A stretch of 64,000 nucleotides of DNA from a virus (taxonomy: Duplodnaviria > Caudoviricetes), in IMG/VR virus record IMGVR_UViG_3300047561_001970, positions 1 to 64,000 of that record; one strand, 5' to 3'. How positions within the stretch are numbered: the first letter of the stretch is position 1; every line of letters begins with the position of its first letter. The position numbers and the translations under genes were made by a program. This document shows positions 16,847 through 26,874 of the stretch, piece after piece. The notes beneath the pieces are model-generated. The model did no database searches, had not been told where the DNA came from, and saw nothing but the letters and a program-made list of their open reading frames with translations.

Positions 16847-18583
16847 ATGGAGAAAAAAGAAAAATATTATCTTGGTAATGATAGATTACCAACATCAGAT
16901 ACCAAACATGCATATACACCAGAAATGGTTAATGAGCTCAAAAAGTGCAAAAGAAATTTACTGCACTTTGCTGAAAATTATTTCTTTATTATTAATCTGG
17001 ATCGTGGCAAAGAGAAAATTAATTTATATTCCTGTCAGAAGAAAGTGTTGAGAACTCTGAGAGACGGCAGATTTGTTATTCTGCTGGCGTCACGACAGAT
17101 AGGCAAAACAACTCTCATGACCATATATTGCTTGTGGAATGCATGCTTTAACGAGGATCAAAGAATTTTAATTGTAGCAAATAAAGAGCAGACAGCAAAA
17201 AATATTTTTAAACGAGTTCGCATGGCATATGAAATGTTACCCAATTTTCTGAAACCAGGGGTTGTGGAGTATGGACAAACCAGCATGACACTAACAAATG
17301 GTAGTAGCATAGGAATCAGTACTACAAGCAGTGATGCAGGTAGAGGTGATAGCTGCAATTGTTTGATTCTTGATGAGCTAGCATTCATTGATAACCATAT
17401 TGTGGAAAGATTTTGGGAATCAGTATATCCTATTATTTCTAGTAGTAAGAAGAGTAAGATTTTTATTGCAAGCACGCCAAACGGGACAGATAATCTGTTC
17501 TATAAACTATATACAGGTGCCCATGCTGGTGATAACAACTGGGTTTCAGAACGTATTGACTGGTGGGAGATTCCAGGTCGTGATGAAAAGTGGAAAAATG
17601 ATACAATCAAAACTTTGGGAAGTGCAGAAGCCTTCTCACAAGAATTTGGTAATGAATTTATCCATGGTGGTGAAAGCACAGTTGATGAAGCTTTGTACAA
17701 TAGCTTGCAAAGAGAAATACGAGAGCCAGAATTTATTTTTGATGAAGGAAAATATCTTGTATGGGAAGAACCTCGTGAAGGCAGAATATACACTGTTGGT
17801 GTAGATATCAGCGAGGGAGTGGGCGAGGCTGCAAGTGTGGTACAAGTGCTGGATATCACTGATCTAACATCCATAGAGCAAGTGGCAGTGTACCACACGC
17901 GCGACACAGTGCCATTTCAGTTGACTACAAAGTTATTAGAAATTTTAAATCAATGGGGCCGCCCACCGGTGAGCATAGAGCGAAACAATTGTGGTGCTCA
18001 AGTTGTTGAACAGCTTAAGTTCACACATAGATATGAAAATATTATTTCATGGGGAGCCAAAGCTGGTGATAAGAATGAAGCAAAGCGTGTTGGTATCCTA
18101 GCCCATACTAACACCAAGTATAGAGGTGTGATGAATATGCGATATTGGGTAAATGAACTCAAAGTTGTTCGAATACGCGACATCAACACACTAAAAGAAT
18201 TAAAAAACTTCATACGATACCCCAATAACACCTGGAGTGCTCGGCCTGGCGCAGACAGTTGGGATGATCGCATAATGTCATTAATATGGGCATTAATAAG
18301 TTTAGAAAATGAAATTTGTGTAAAATACTTTGATGTTGTTTCTCTTGATGATTGTGATCGCCCACAAGTTATTAAGCCGCTGGACTATGGAATCAGAGGT
18401 GTTATAAGCCCGTTTAGTATGTATTCTAATGAAAAACTTGGTAACAGTGATCAAAATATTCTCCCTGTGGTGCTAGACAATGCAAGCGAATTGGTTAGTG
18501 ATATAGAGATCATGAAACAGCAAGGGTGGGAATTTCCTAACCAGCAATCTGATGATATAAATAACTCGTGGCAACCCCTGTAA
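16847..18583 (+). CDS. gp17: Terminase large subunit
   Basis: LASRQIGKTT, Walker B LILDELAFI, IASTPNG, FSQEF, nuclease GVDISEG, ERNNCG, DDRIMS. Confidence 0.97.
   Translation: MEKKEKYYLGNDRLPTSDTKHAYTPEMVNELKKCKRNLLHFAENYFFIINLDRGKEKINLYSCQKKVLRTLRDGRFVILLASRQIGKTTLMTIYCLWNACFNEDQRILIVANKEQTAKNIFKRVRMAYEMLPNFLKPGVVEYGQTSMTLTNGSSIGISTTSSDAGRGDSCNCLILDELAFIDNHIVERFWESVYPIISSSKKSKIFIASTPNGTDNLFYKLYTGAHAGDNNWVSERIDWWEIPGRDEKWKNDTIKTLGSAEAFSQEFGNEFIHGGESTVDEALYNSLQREIREPEFIFDEGKYLVWEEPREGRIYTVGVDISEGVGEAASVVQVLDITDLTSIEQVAVYHTRDTVPFQLTTKLLEILNQWGRPPVSIERNNCGAQVVEQLKFTHRYENIISWGAKAGDKNEAKRVGILAHTNTKYRGVMNMRYWVNELKVVRIRDINTLKELKNFIRYPNNTWSARPGADSWDDRIMSLIWALISLENEICVKYFDVVSLDDCDRPQVIKPLDYGIRGVISPFSMYSNEKLGNSDQNILPVVLDNASELVSDIEIMKQQGWEFPNQQSDDINNSWQPL
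18556..18563 (+). promoter_or_regulatory. T4-type late promoter
   Basis: TATAAATA inside the gp17 3' end, 4 nt before GTG 18568. Confidence 0.8.
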
Positions 18584-19152
18584 ATCAACAACCAGTTTTT
18601 CAGAGCCCTTTCAACAAACAGCGTAGGGATAAGTTTCTATGTGTATTGACTATACCCACCATTCTTAAAGACAAGGTTGCAGAAGTTGCAAGAAGAAACT
18701 CATCTGTAAATTTTAATACTTTACAGTTCAGTGTGTTCGGGGCTATTGCACCACCAGTTGAAATACCACCTGTATTAGTACCTTACGGTGGCCAGACGTT
18801 AAAAGTAACATCTTATGCTAGGCCTGAATTTCCTAGCTTAAAAATTAATTTTACTGTGGATAATCAATTTAATAATTACTGGGTGTTATTTAAATGGTTG
18901 GATATTTTTAACAATTCTACCACTGGCATATTTGACCCTAACAATCAGAACATAGATTCCAACACCTCAGAATATATGACAGACATATCTATATATGGCT
19001 TGGACGAATACAACAAGCAAACTGTTAGATTTGACTATATTAGAACCTTTCCTATTGGCCTTGAGGGCATAAACTATAATGATAGGGATTCTAGTGAAAT
19101 GGAATGTGGGTTTCAATTTGCATATCATCAGTTGAAAATGTCCTTGCTGTAA
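18568..19152 (+). CDS. gp3: Tail tube terminator / tail completion protein
   Basis: Tube fold; FTVDNQFNNYWVLFKWL and FDYIRTFPIGLEGINY match the gp3 pattern. Confidence 0.7.
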   Translation: MATPVNQQPVFQSPFNKQRRDKFLCVLTIPTILKDKVAEVARRNSSVNFNTLQFSVFGAIAPPVEIPPVLVPYGGQTLKVTSYARPEFPSLKINFTVDNQFNNYWVLFKWLDIFNNSTTGIFDPNNQNIDSNTSEYMTDISIYGLDEYNKQTVRFDYIRTFPIGLEGINYNDRDSSEMECGFQFAYHQLKMSLL

Positions 19153-19190
19153 AAAAGAGAAAAAATTCTGTAAAAGTTGGTCGGCAGAGG

Positions 19191-19198
19191 TATAAATA
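19191..19198 (+). promoter_or_regulatory. T4-type late promoter
   Basis: TATAAATA upstream of the sheath gene. Confidence 0.8.
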
Positions 19199-19243
19199 TA
19201 AACGATATGAGTCAACAATTTCTTGTAGAAGGTGTAAACTAAA

Positions 19244-21637
19244 ATGGCCAGAACAATTCAAAGTCCCGGAGTAGAGATCAGAGAGGTTGATCTTACGCTC
19301 CGCCCAGTTGTTAATCAAGGCACAAGCGTTTTTATTACAGGTTTCGCGGCTCAAGGGCCCATAGATGAAGTATTAGAGCCAACAAGTATAAGTGAATTTG
19401 AAGCAATTTATGGTACACCCACAAATGCTGCTGAGAGATATTTCTACCACACTGTAAAAGCAACCCTACAATCACCTGTTCAATTAAAAGTCTCAAGACT
19501 ACCGTACGGTGTGGCCAAGGGTGAAGGATTTGCTGAGTGGAGATACAGTGCTTTAGTTTATCCTGCTGCATTTATTAACACAGATGGCACATACACATCC
19601 AATGTGTCTTCAGCTGGTACATACTTCTTGGGCAAACCAACACATTTAGAATTGAACATTGAACAGTATCAAGAGATACTCAACAACAATATCAATTGGA
19701 ATAGCACCATTTTACCGCAAAGTGGTGTAAAGTACACCTATGATACACTAAACAATGCTGGTGTAATTATTTTAAATCGCTCTCAAACCACAGTTAATAA
19801 CAGATTTGAAGGATATTATGTTGCTCTAACAGACAATAACAACAACAATCCTGCAACACCTTTTGATGGTGTTCTGAGTGTTGCTGCTATTGCCAGCAAT
19901 GCAACATCAATCAACACATACATTGATGTGCCTCCAGCCAGATTAAACTTTACATTAAGCGCTTCCAAGTTTGGCGATGGTACTAGCATCAGTGAAGTAA
20001 TGGAAAATATTAGCAACTACGATCTCAGCCCTCGTGAATTTGATGATACTCTCTCGCTTGGTTTATTTAAACTGCGTCAGAGTGTATTCTCGCCCGATGT
20101 TATTGCTCTTGATTATGTGCTTGCTGAAAGCTATGCTGGATCACTTGATTGGAACAGACAAATTGCCAGTACAAACGGTGGACCGGCCATTAGCTTCTAC
20201 TTAGGTAGTCAGGTATCCAATTCACCCAATGTACGTGTACTTGTGAACCCATTCATGAGCAGTCGTTATGGTGATTCCTGGTTAGGCAATGATGGTGTTC
20301 CCAGTAAGAACGTTAGAATGCTTTCACCAGCACTTGCAACACCATTTAGTAATCCTGGATTTGTTGATACCAATACTTCATACATCACGCGTGTTGGTGC
20401 TCCGTCTGCCACAGTACTATCACTTGTGCGAGGATTTGGCACAACTAATGCATTACATCCAGTTGGAATTTTTACAAACACAGTAGTTGCTGATAAAAAC
20501 ATTGGCAATCTGCCTCAGAAGCTTGAGAGAGTATTTGAACTTGTGGAAAATCCAGATCTTTATCCCATTAATATTGCCTGTGAAGCGGGATTAGGTTCTA
20601 TCTATGTAGGCTCAATAACTGAGACTTTGGCTAATAATTTACCATTATCTGCAAATGGCCCATATGTTGATACATGGCCTGTTAATGCATTGAGTGCTTT
20701 TTATGTAACTAATTCTGAAGCCCTCAATAGTGATGGTCTTAATATTCGTGCAACCTACAACACTATTGCTAGTATCTTTGTGCAACAAGCACAAAATCAA
20801 AGAAAAGATTTCTTGGTTATTCTTGATGCACTGAGACACATTTTCGTGCAAGGTGATAACAACAAAATAATCAATACAAAGAAATTATTCGGTCCTAATG
20901 CTGGCATTGATCCAGACCCTACAGCAGCTGGTTACAGTTCCACAAACTTCAGCCAACACATCTACTGGCCGTTGCGTCATCAATTCAGTCTAATTGATTC
21001 AAGCTATGCATGCACGTATGCAACAGTTGCACAAGTAATTGATCCTGCTACAAACAGACAAGTATGGGTGCCATTCAGCGGCTTTGCAGCTGCAGCAATG
21101 GGCAATACTGATGCCAATTTTCAGCCTTGGTTTGCACCAGCAGGATTCACCAGAGGTGTTCTTCTAGGTGTCAATGACCTGGGCATATATCCTAAGATGA
21201 AGCAACGTGACCAGCTCTATAAATTTGGTTTGAATCCAGTTGCTTTCTTCCCTGTTGAAGGATTTGTAATCTTTGGTCAGAAGACACTATTGAAGAAACC
21301 CAGTGCATTTGATCGCATCAATGTGCGCAGATTGTTCCTCAATCTTGAAATAGCAACCCGGGACACAGTCAAGTTTTTCATATTTGAGCCCAACACATTG
21401 TTCACACGCACTCAAGTTGTTAACACAATCACCCCAATCTTTGAGAATGCCAAGAACACAGAAGGTGTTTATGACTATCTCATTATTTGTGATGAACGAA
21501 ACAACACACCGGATGTCATCGATAATAACGAGATGAAGGTGGACATTTATCTCAAGCCAGTACGTGCTGCAGAGTTTATTTTGGTAAGCTTCTATGCAAC
21601 TCGCACCAGTCAAAACTTCCAGGAGTTATTAGCCTAA
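19244..21637 (+). CDS. gp18: Tail sheath protein
   Basis: SPGVEIREVDLT, GFAAQGP, FEAIYGTP, PWFAPAGFTRG, FGQKTL...SAFDRINVRRLF, FEPN, IYLKPVRAAEFI. Confidence 0.97.
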   Translation: MARTIQSPGVEIREVDLTLRPVVNQGTSVFITGFAAQGPIDEVLEPTSISEFEAIYGTPTNAAERYFYHTVKATLQSPVQLKVSRLPYGVAKGEGFAEWRYSALVYPAAFINTDGTYTSNVSSAGTYFLGKPTHLELNIEQYQEILNNNINWNSTILPQSGVKYTYDTLNNAGVIILNRSQTTVNNRFEGYYVALTDNNNNNPATPFDGVLSVAAIASNATSINTYIDVPPARLNFTLSASKFGDGTSISEVMENISNYDLSPREFDDTLSLGLFKLRQSVFSPDVIALDYVLAESYAGSLDWNRQIASTNGGPAISFYLGSQVSNSPNVRVLVNPFMSSRYGDSWLGNDGVPSKNVRMLSPALATPFSNPGFVDTNTSYITRVGAPSATVLSLVRGFGTTNALHPVGIFTNTVVADKNIGNLPQKLERVFELVENPDLYPINIACEAGLGSIYVGSITETLANNLPLSANGPYVDTWPVNALSAFYVTNSEALNSDGLNIRATYNTIASIFVQQAQNQRKDFLVILDALRHIFVQGDNNKIINTKKLFGPNAGIDPDPTAAGYSSTNFSQHIYWPLRHQFSLIDSSYACTYATVAQVIDPATNRQVWVPFSGFAAAAMGNTDANFQPWFAPAGFTRGVLLGVNDLGIYPKMKQRDQLYKFGLNPVAFFPVEGFVIFGQKTLLKKPSAFDRINVRRLFLNLEIATRDTVKFFIFEPNTLFTRTQVVNTITPIFENAKNTEGVYDYLIICDERNNTPDVIDNNEMKVDIYLKPVRAAEFILVSFYATRTSQNFQELLA

Positions 21638-21650
21638 AATAAAAAAGGAG

Positions 21651-21658
21651 AATAAATA
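21651..21658 (+). promoter_or_regulatory. T4-type late promoter
   Basis: AATAAATA, 8 nt before ATG 21667; AAGGAG just upstream. Confidence 0.55.
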
Positions 21659-21666
21659 ATAATACT

Positions 21667-22212
21667 ATGCCAGCCGTCAAACAACTCATCTCGGATTTTT
21701 ATAGAGTAGCTTCTGCGCGTGATTTTCAGCGCGATATTCAATTCAGAGTATTGAGTATTGCCCCTGGTGGCACCACAACCACATTTGATGAGAATGATTT
21801 AGTTTACGCAAGATCTGCTTCACTACCTGCCAGATCAATCAACAATGTAACAACAAGTTACATGGGATTAAATTTCAATTTACCTGGTGTTGCTTCATAT
21901 CCCGATAGTGCTGCCTACTCTCTAACATTCTACAATGATGCAAAAAATAACATCAGACAAAAGTTTGAAGATTGGACACGTGATACCTTCAATGATACCA
22001 ACAGTACTGGAAACTATTTTACACCAACACAATCAAGCGTTATTGACCTTGTTCAACTTGATACTAAGATGGAGAAGGTTGCCCAGTATCAATTAATTGG
22101 TGTGAGTATCAGAGAAGTTGGCGGTATTAAATATGATTTCTCAGCTGGTAAAGGTGATATTGTTTCTTTTGACGTAAAATTAGCTTATCATTATTTCACT
22201 CGTCAGTCCTAA
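21667..22212 (+). CDS. gp19: Tail tube protein
   Basis: Follows the sheath gene; SASLPAR, YMGLNFNLPG, LTFYND...IRQKFEDW, FDVKLAYHYF. Confidence 0.85.
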   Translation: MPAVKQLISDFYRVASARDFQRDIQFRVLSIAPGGTTTTFDENDLVYARSASLPARSINNVTTSYMGLNFNLPGVASYPDSAAYSLTFYNDAKNNIRQKFEDWTRDTFNDTNSTGNYFTPTQSSVIDLVQLDTKMEKVAQYQLIGVSIREVGGIKYDFSAGKGDIVSFDVKLAYHYFTRQS

Positions 22213-22215
22213 AAT

Positions 22216-22250
22216 AACATTACTCCGATAAATATATTGGAGTAATTGTT
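22216..22250 (+). promoter_or_regulatory. RBS-sequestering hairpin containing a late promoter
   Basis: ATTACTCCGATA (22219-22230) pairs with TATTGGAGTAAT (22235-22246). GATAAATA at 22227-22234; GGAG 9 nt before ATG 22252. Confidence 0.6.
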
Positions 22251-22251
22251 G

Positions 22252-23190
22252 ATGAATAATCCGCTAACTAATGCCCTGGAAGGGTTAACCAATAATGCCA
22301 TTGGCATTGGACGAGGAACTAATCCCCTCAGTCAACCACAAATAACAAATGTACTTGGGTTCAATATCCCAGGCGTTCCATTGATTAGTACACGGGACTA
22401 CTTCTTATTACAACTACAAAGCTGGTTAACGTCAATACCTCTTCAATCGCAATGGATTGCTGTAATAGACTCTTTCCCTCGCCTTCTCAACACAAATATT
22501 ATGCAGCAATTGGAACGTGTTGACGGCTCCAAGAAAGGTTATGATATAGACCAAGCAAAAACATTGTTAACTAGCTTTCCCTTTCAAAAGGTAATTGGGT
22601 GTGTATTTGCGCAAACTGCTCAAATACCATCTGAATCTTATGCTGTTAATGATATTACTATTGGTTCCAGTGGTAAAAGTCGGGGATTCATACCTGGTAT
22701 CATGACTGAAAACAGAACAGGGTACGCAAATAATCCGCTCCGCTTAGGTTTTCTGGAAACAAATACTAGTATTGTGGATAATGTATTTCGTCCTTGGGTT
22801 ATGCTAGCCAATCATTTAGGGTTGGTGGCTTACCCAGGTGATCTGCCTGGACAGAAAGACATACGCAATGTGAAGAGCAACATAACACTGCTTTGCTACA
22901 CAAGGAGCTACCAAAACATAAGTCAAATACCAAGGAAAGTGTTTAGATTTTACAATTGTGTACCGACCATTGTTAACAACATAAATCTTAGTTACGATGA
23001 ACCTAATACTGCAACAATATATGATGTTAATTTCTCTTATACAAATTACACAGTTGAAAATAGCATGTATTTCCCGTTAGCAGATATTATCAATACAGTA
23101 AGCGGCATTACAAACGGTAACTACACACCGCAAGTATCTCCTCTGCAGGACGCTGCTTCACGAACATTGGATCTTGCAGGATTCTTCTAA
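22252..23190 (+). CDS. Baseplate tube-initiator type protein (gp54-like)
   Basis: Tube fold C-terminus (LGFLETN...VFRPW...FRFYNCVP...YDVNFSY); start ATG 22252 after GGAG. Confidence 0.65.
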   Translation: MNNPLTNALEGLTNNAIGIGRGTNPLSQPQITNVLGFNIPGVPLISTRDYFLLQLQSWLTSIPLQSQWIAVIDSFPRLLNTNIMQQLERVDGSKKGYDIDQAKTLLTSFPFQKVIGCVFAQTAQIPSESYAVNDITIGSSGKSRGFIPGIMTENRTGYANNPLRLGFLETNTSIVDNVFRPWVMLANHLGLVAYPGDLPGQKDIRNVKSNITLLCYTRSYQNISQIPRKVFRFYNCVPTIVNNINLSYDEPNTATIYDVNFSYTNYTVENSMYFPLADIINTVSGITNGNYTPQVSPLQDAASRTLDLAGFF

Positions 23191-24035
23191 TGCGCTCCTT
23201 TCACCTCAATTGCTGGGCACCAAGTTTAAAGCAATATCTTAAAATTGCTGAGTTAAAGATGTATCAATTAGAGATAATTAGTAAATACATACTTAATGAA
23301 GATGATGAAAGTTTGAATCAAACATTTAACGATATTCTTCAGGAAAATCTGGAGCAAAAAGAACTTTTTTTTAGACTAACTCGCTATGATAAATGGTTTT
23401 TATTACTATTTTTAAGAGCTTCATCTGTGTCTGGTCAATTATTTTATCGAGCCAAAAATACAGACGAAAGCACATGTGCTCTCACATTTGATCTTTTTGA
23501 TATACTTACAGATCTATCGGAACTCACAATTCCCACTATTGAAAATTTACAATTAGATGATATTGAAATTACATTTACACCTGTTAAAGATTTGTATTCA
23601 GTTAATTATCTGCATGAAAGTATCTTTAAAATTCATATTAATAATAAAGATTTTTACCCTGGTGCGTTTGACCAGAATACTAAAGAAAGATTTTTTAGTA
23701 CTATTGATAAAACAGCCATTACGGAAATATACAATCACCTTCGTAAATATGATCAAGCATTTGAGTCTGTTTATATCATTAATAACGACAAGCAGCTAAA
23801 AGATTTTTACTCAGTTAAGTTTAATCTTCTCGGAAATACATTGTTTGGATTTTTAAAATCGACTTTTATACCTCAAGCACAAGGTCTTTACAAGAAAAAA
23901 TATGCACTACTTACAAAATTAAATTTGGACAGTAATACTATCAATGGGTTGACACCTTCAGAGTGTGATATTTATCTTAACATTTTTAACACAGACAAGG
24001 AGTTCACTACTACAGATAACTCTGTAAGCCTGTAA
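23190..24035 (+). CDS. Baseplate hub assembly protein (gp26/gp51-like)
   Basis: Position; IAELKMYQ, and a C-terminal LDSNTINGLTPSECDIYLNIF helix typical of hub chaperones. Confidence 0.45.
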   Translation: MRSFHLNCWAPSLKQYLKIAELKMYQLEIISKYILNEDDESLNQTFNDILQENLEQKELFFRLTRYDKWFLLLFLRASSVSGQLFYRAKNTDESTCALTFDLFDILTDLSELTIPTIENLQLDDIEITFTPVKDLYSVNYLHESIFKIHINNKDFYPGAFDQNTKERFFSTIDKTAITEIYNHLRKYDQAFESVYIINNDKQLKDFYSVKFNLLGNTLFGFLKSTFIPQAQGLYKKKYALLTKLNLDSNTINGLTPSECDIYLNIFNTDKEFTTTDNSVSL

Positions 24036-24046
24036 GATAATTTTGT

Positions 24047-24054
24047 TATAAGTA
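24047..24054 (+). promoter_or_regulatory. Late promoter variant
   Basis: TATAAGTA, 4 nt before ATG 24059. Confidence 0.55.
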
Positions 24055-24058
24055 TATT

Positions 24059-25495
24059 ATGGACTATGATGTTAATAGCGATGCTTTAGATAAAGCACAG
24101 AACTCCTATAAAGATCTGTACGCAAAAACATATAGTGTACCCAGAGAGCAGCTCAATAATATGGGTCAAGAAGACTTGGACGCGTTAGAAAAGACACTTG
24201 CTAATCGTGCTAGCAAGGTCGCTTTTACAGATATTAAACCAGCAAATCGTCCTAAGCCCGCAACCGCAATTACAACAAAAGATGTGACTCTGCCCAAAGT
24301 AGAAGAGACAGAGCCACCTATTAGCATGAGCAGTGAAGCCTCCTCACTTGTTGCTCCTTCTCCAGAAACACAACAAATTCAACCCTCATCTTCTCCCAAC
24401 ATGGGCACGTTGCCTGTTACACAGCTGTCTAATGCAACAAACACGGATAATTCTCAAGAGATCAAGCCTCCTGTAGTGCAAAACATTACCGTGCAGCAGG
24501 AACTTCAACTGCGCAAAGAATACCCATTTTTTGACTTTGACAAATTACCACAAGATGGGGAGCAAGCAAAACGCTTTGAAATGTTTAAAAAGGACTTGAT
24601 GTCACAGTTGAGCAGCAAGCAAAATACTAATCCTAGTAATATACCTGTAATTGCTCCAAATAATGAAGCAGAGGTACCTAGTACCATAAAAACTCCTGTA
24701 GACACAAACGATATACTGAGTGTAGGTGATAAAAATACATCCATTACTGTGGATCAAGAGCGTCAGTTACGTGAAGAGTATCCATTTTTTGACTTTGATA
24801 AGTTGCCAGAAAATGTAGATGAAGCAAACACTTTACAGGCACTGAAAAAGAATCTTGTAACACAGCTGGATGAAAAGAAAGTACAACAAGCTGCTCCACT
24901 TGCTACACTGCCTGAACCTATTCTACCTGTTGAAGTTCCAGTTTCGCAAAACAATAGCATAGAACCATTACAGACTATACCTGAAACTGTAAACCCATCA
25001 CCAGTTAACAATACGCCGCCCACACCAATTGCTAAACCTACTGAAGAACCAATGTCGCCTGTTAATGAAGCAGAAAAGTACCCGGCTGCGGAAGAGAATA
25101 TAAACGAAATAATTGCCAATATAGCCAAGCAGTATCCTCAACAGAATGCCCCAGTACAAGAGCCAGCTACACCTGTAACTAGTCTTTCTGAAAGTGCATT
25201 AAAATCAATCAATGAAAATATTACAAATATGGTCAAAACAACGACAACGTCTTCTAAGGAATTAAAAGGCTCAATAGATGAGTTAAAGTCTATTGCTGGG
25301 CAGATTCTAGCCTATTTGCCTAGCATACAGCCATCAACCAATGTAGCAGTATCACAAAATGGAGAGCAACAAAAATCTCAACCAATTAATTCACGGTTAA
25401 TTGAGAGTGTTAGAGATGAGTACAGAAAACAGACTAGCAAAGGTATCATAGACATCAATAATAGTCGCACTTCATTACCAGGATTCACAATCTAA
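24059..25495 (+). CDS. Low-complexity baseplate/tape-measure-position protein with a duplicated 45-aa module
   Basis: 478 aa, P/Q/E/T-rich, two copies of QLRxEYPFFDFDKLP. Confidence 0.7.
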   Translation: MDYDVNSDALDKAQNSYKDLYAKTYSVPREQLNNMGQEDLDALEKTLANRASKVAFTDIKPANRPKPATAITTKDVTLPKVEETEPPISMSSEASSLVAPSPETQQIQPSSSPNMGTLPVTQLSNATNTDNSQEIKPPVVQNITVQQELQLRKEYPFFDFDKLPQDGEQAKRFEMFKKDLMSQLSSKQNTNPSNIPVIAPNNEAEVPSTIKTPVDTNDILSVGDKNTSITVDQERQLREEYPFFDFDKLPENVDEANTLQALKKNLVTQLDEKKVQQAAPLATLPEPILPVEVPVSQNNSIEPLQTIPETVNPSPVNNTPPTPIAKPTEEPMSPVNEAEKYPAAEENINEIIANIAKQYPQQNAPVQEPATPVTSLSESALKSINENITNMVKTTTTSSKELKGSIDELKSIAGQILAYLPSIQPSTNVAVSQNGEQQKSQPINSRLIESVRDEYRKQTSKGIIDINNSRTSLPGFTI

Positions 25496-26874
25496 TGAAT
25501 TTATCTAATACACTATATTCTTTTAAAGAACAAGAAAAGCGATTTGGCGCACCAAAAGCGGTTCCTGTGCAAGGTGGATCATCCACAGGCGGTGCAAATT
25601 GCATAGGCGACACTGCAACAGGATTTTCTCTATATGATGTTATCAATGATTTTCAATGGACAACCTCTCCTGCTGAAAGTAAAGTTGGCGTTCCCGAGAT
25701 TTTCTTAAAAGAAAAAAGATTGATTACTAATTCCTTTGTTGCACAGGCTGCCTACTATACATACGCGTTGCAAGAATCTACTGCAGATGCAACCACCTTT
25801 GTTGCAAATTTTAAGGCAAAATTTGGTACCCTCGCTGGCACAGCTCTAGATGCAGCATTAGGCGCTGCCATAACAAATCAACTTGGTGGTAGGCAAATAT
25901 CACAAGCAGTGGGCAAGGGCGCTAGTCTATCGCCACAGCTAGCTGCATATTCTAGTATTATTCAGGCAGGCACTCAGGCTGCAGGAGGGGCTGTTGGTGC
26001 AAGTATAGGTGGCGCAGGAGTTCTTAATAATCTAAGTCGACTGGCGGGGGGTGCTTTGGATATTGCGCAAACTGCTGGAGCAAACCTAAATGTTGAGAGT
26101 TTAAATAGCAAATACTTGCTACCATATGAGGGGCTATATTTAACGGAGGATACACAATTTTATTATAGATTTCCATACTTTGTTAACAACTTGAATGACA
26201 TTAGTAACAAATTTAGTAACACACCAAATCTCAATCCTGCAGAAATAGGTGGCCCAGCTGGATCATTCTATGGCTTATCTGAAGGTCTGGGAGCTGCTGC
26301 AATGACTGTAGCTGCTAATGCAAACTTAAATGCACCTGGGGTATATATAGAAAAACCAAAATTTTATAATTTTAGTGAAGATGGTGAAGCTTTAGTATTT
26401 AAATTCCCTCTTGTTAACACTGGATGGGCAACTTACACAGACGTATTACGCAATTGGCAATTGCTGTATTTACTAGCCTATCAAAATAGACCCAATCGAC
26501 GAAGCAGAGATTTAATTGATCCACCTGTAATTTATGAGGTTAGTATTCCGGGTTCTCGTTATTATCCCTACGCTTACATCGAGACTATGAAAGTTGCGTT
26601 TGTTGGGTCTGTAAGGAAGATGTTGATTGATGTTCCATATGGCACCAGCACAATAAAGATTGAATCCATCATACCAGATGCTTATGATGTGACGATAACT
26701 CTGAGAGCCTTGGTGAGAGAATCGCAGAATTTCCTGTATTCTATGCTATACGACAAATATAACATTATTTCAACTTCATCAACTAGAACTTTGCAAGAAA
26801 CACAAGATATAATTGGGGTGCCTAAAGAATTTACTGGTGTTGGTGGTGTATTTAGACAGGGAGCAGCACAATGA
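25495..26874 (+). CDS. Baseplate tail-tube cap protein (gp48-like)
   Basis: Tube-fold C-terminus (PPVIYEVSIPG...AYIETMKV...PDAYDVTITL); G/A-rich central region; precedes gp53. Confidence 0.6.
   Translation: MNLSNTLYSFKEQEKRFGAPKAVPVQGGSSTGGANCIGDTATGFSLYDVINDFQWTTSPAESKVGVPEIFLKEKRLITNSFVAQAAYYTYALQESTADATTFVANFKAKFGTLAGTALDAALGAAITNQLGGRQISQAVGKGASLSPQLAAYSSIIQAGTQAAGGAVGASIGGAGVLNNLSRLAGGALDIAQTAGANLNVESLNSKYLLPYEGLYLTEDTQFYYRFPYFVNNLNDISNKFSNTPNLNPAEIGGPAGSFYGLSEGLGAAAMTVAANANLNAPGVYIEKPKFYNFSEDGEALVFKFPLVNTGWATYTDVLRNWQLLYLLAYQNRPNRRSRDLIDPPVIYEVSIPGSRYYPYAYIETMKVAFVGSVRKMLIDVPYGTSTIKIESIIPDAYDVTITLRALVRESQNFLYSMLYDKYNIISTSSTRTLQETQDIIGVPKEFTGVGGVFRQGAAQ

Noticed and set aside
15982-16878. 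Plus-strand ORFs (142, 108 and 65 aa) opposite the acidic late gene
   Set aside because: Antisense shadows of a low-complexity gene, with no promoter or start context.
16818-16919. 34-codon N-terminal extension of the 15936 gene
   Set aside because: It would overlap the terminase start. A TATAAATA 5 nt before ATG 16817 marks the real start.
609-18583. Inteins or introns in UvsX, gp41, gp61 or gp17
   Set aside because: All are of normal length with contiguous motifs, and no splicing or endonuclease signatures were seen.
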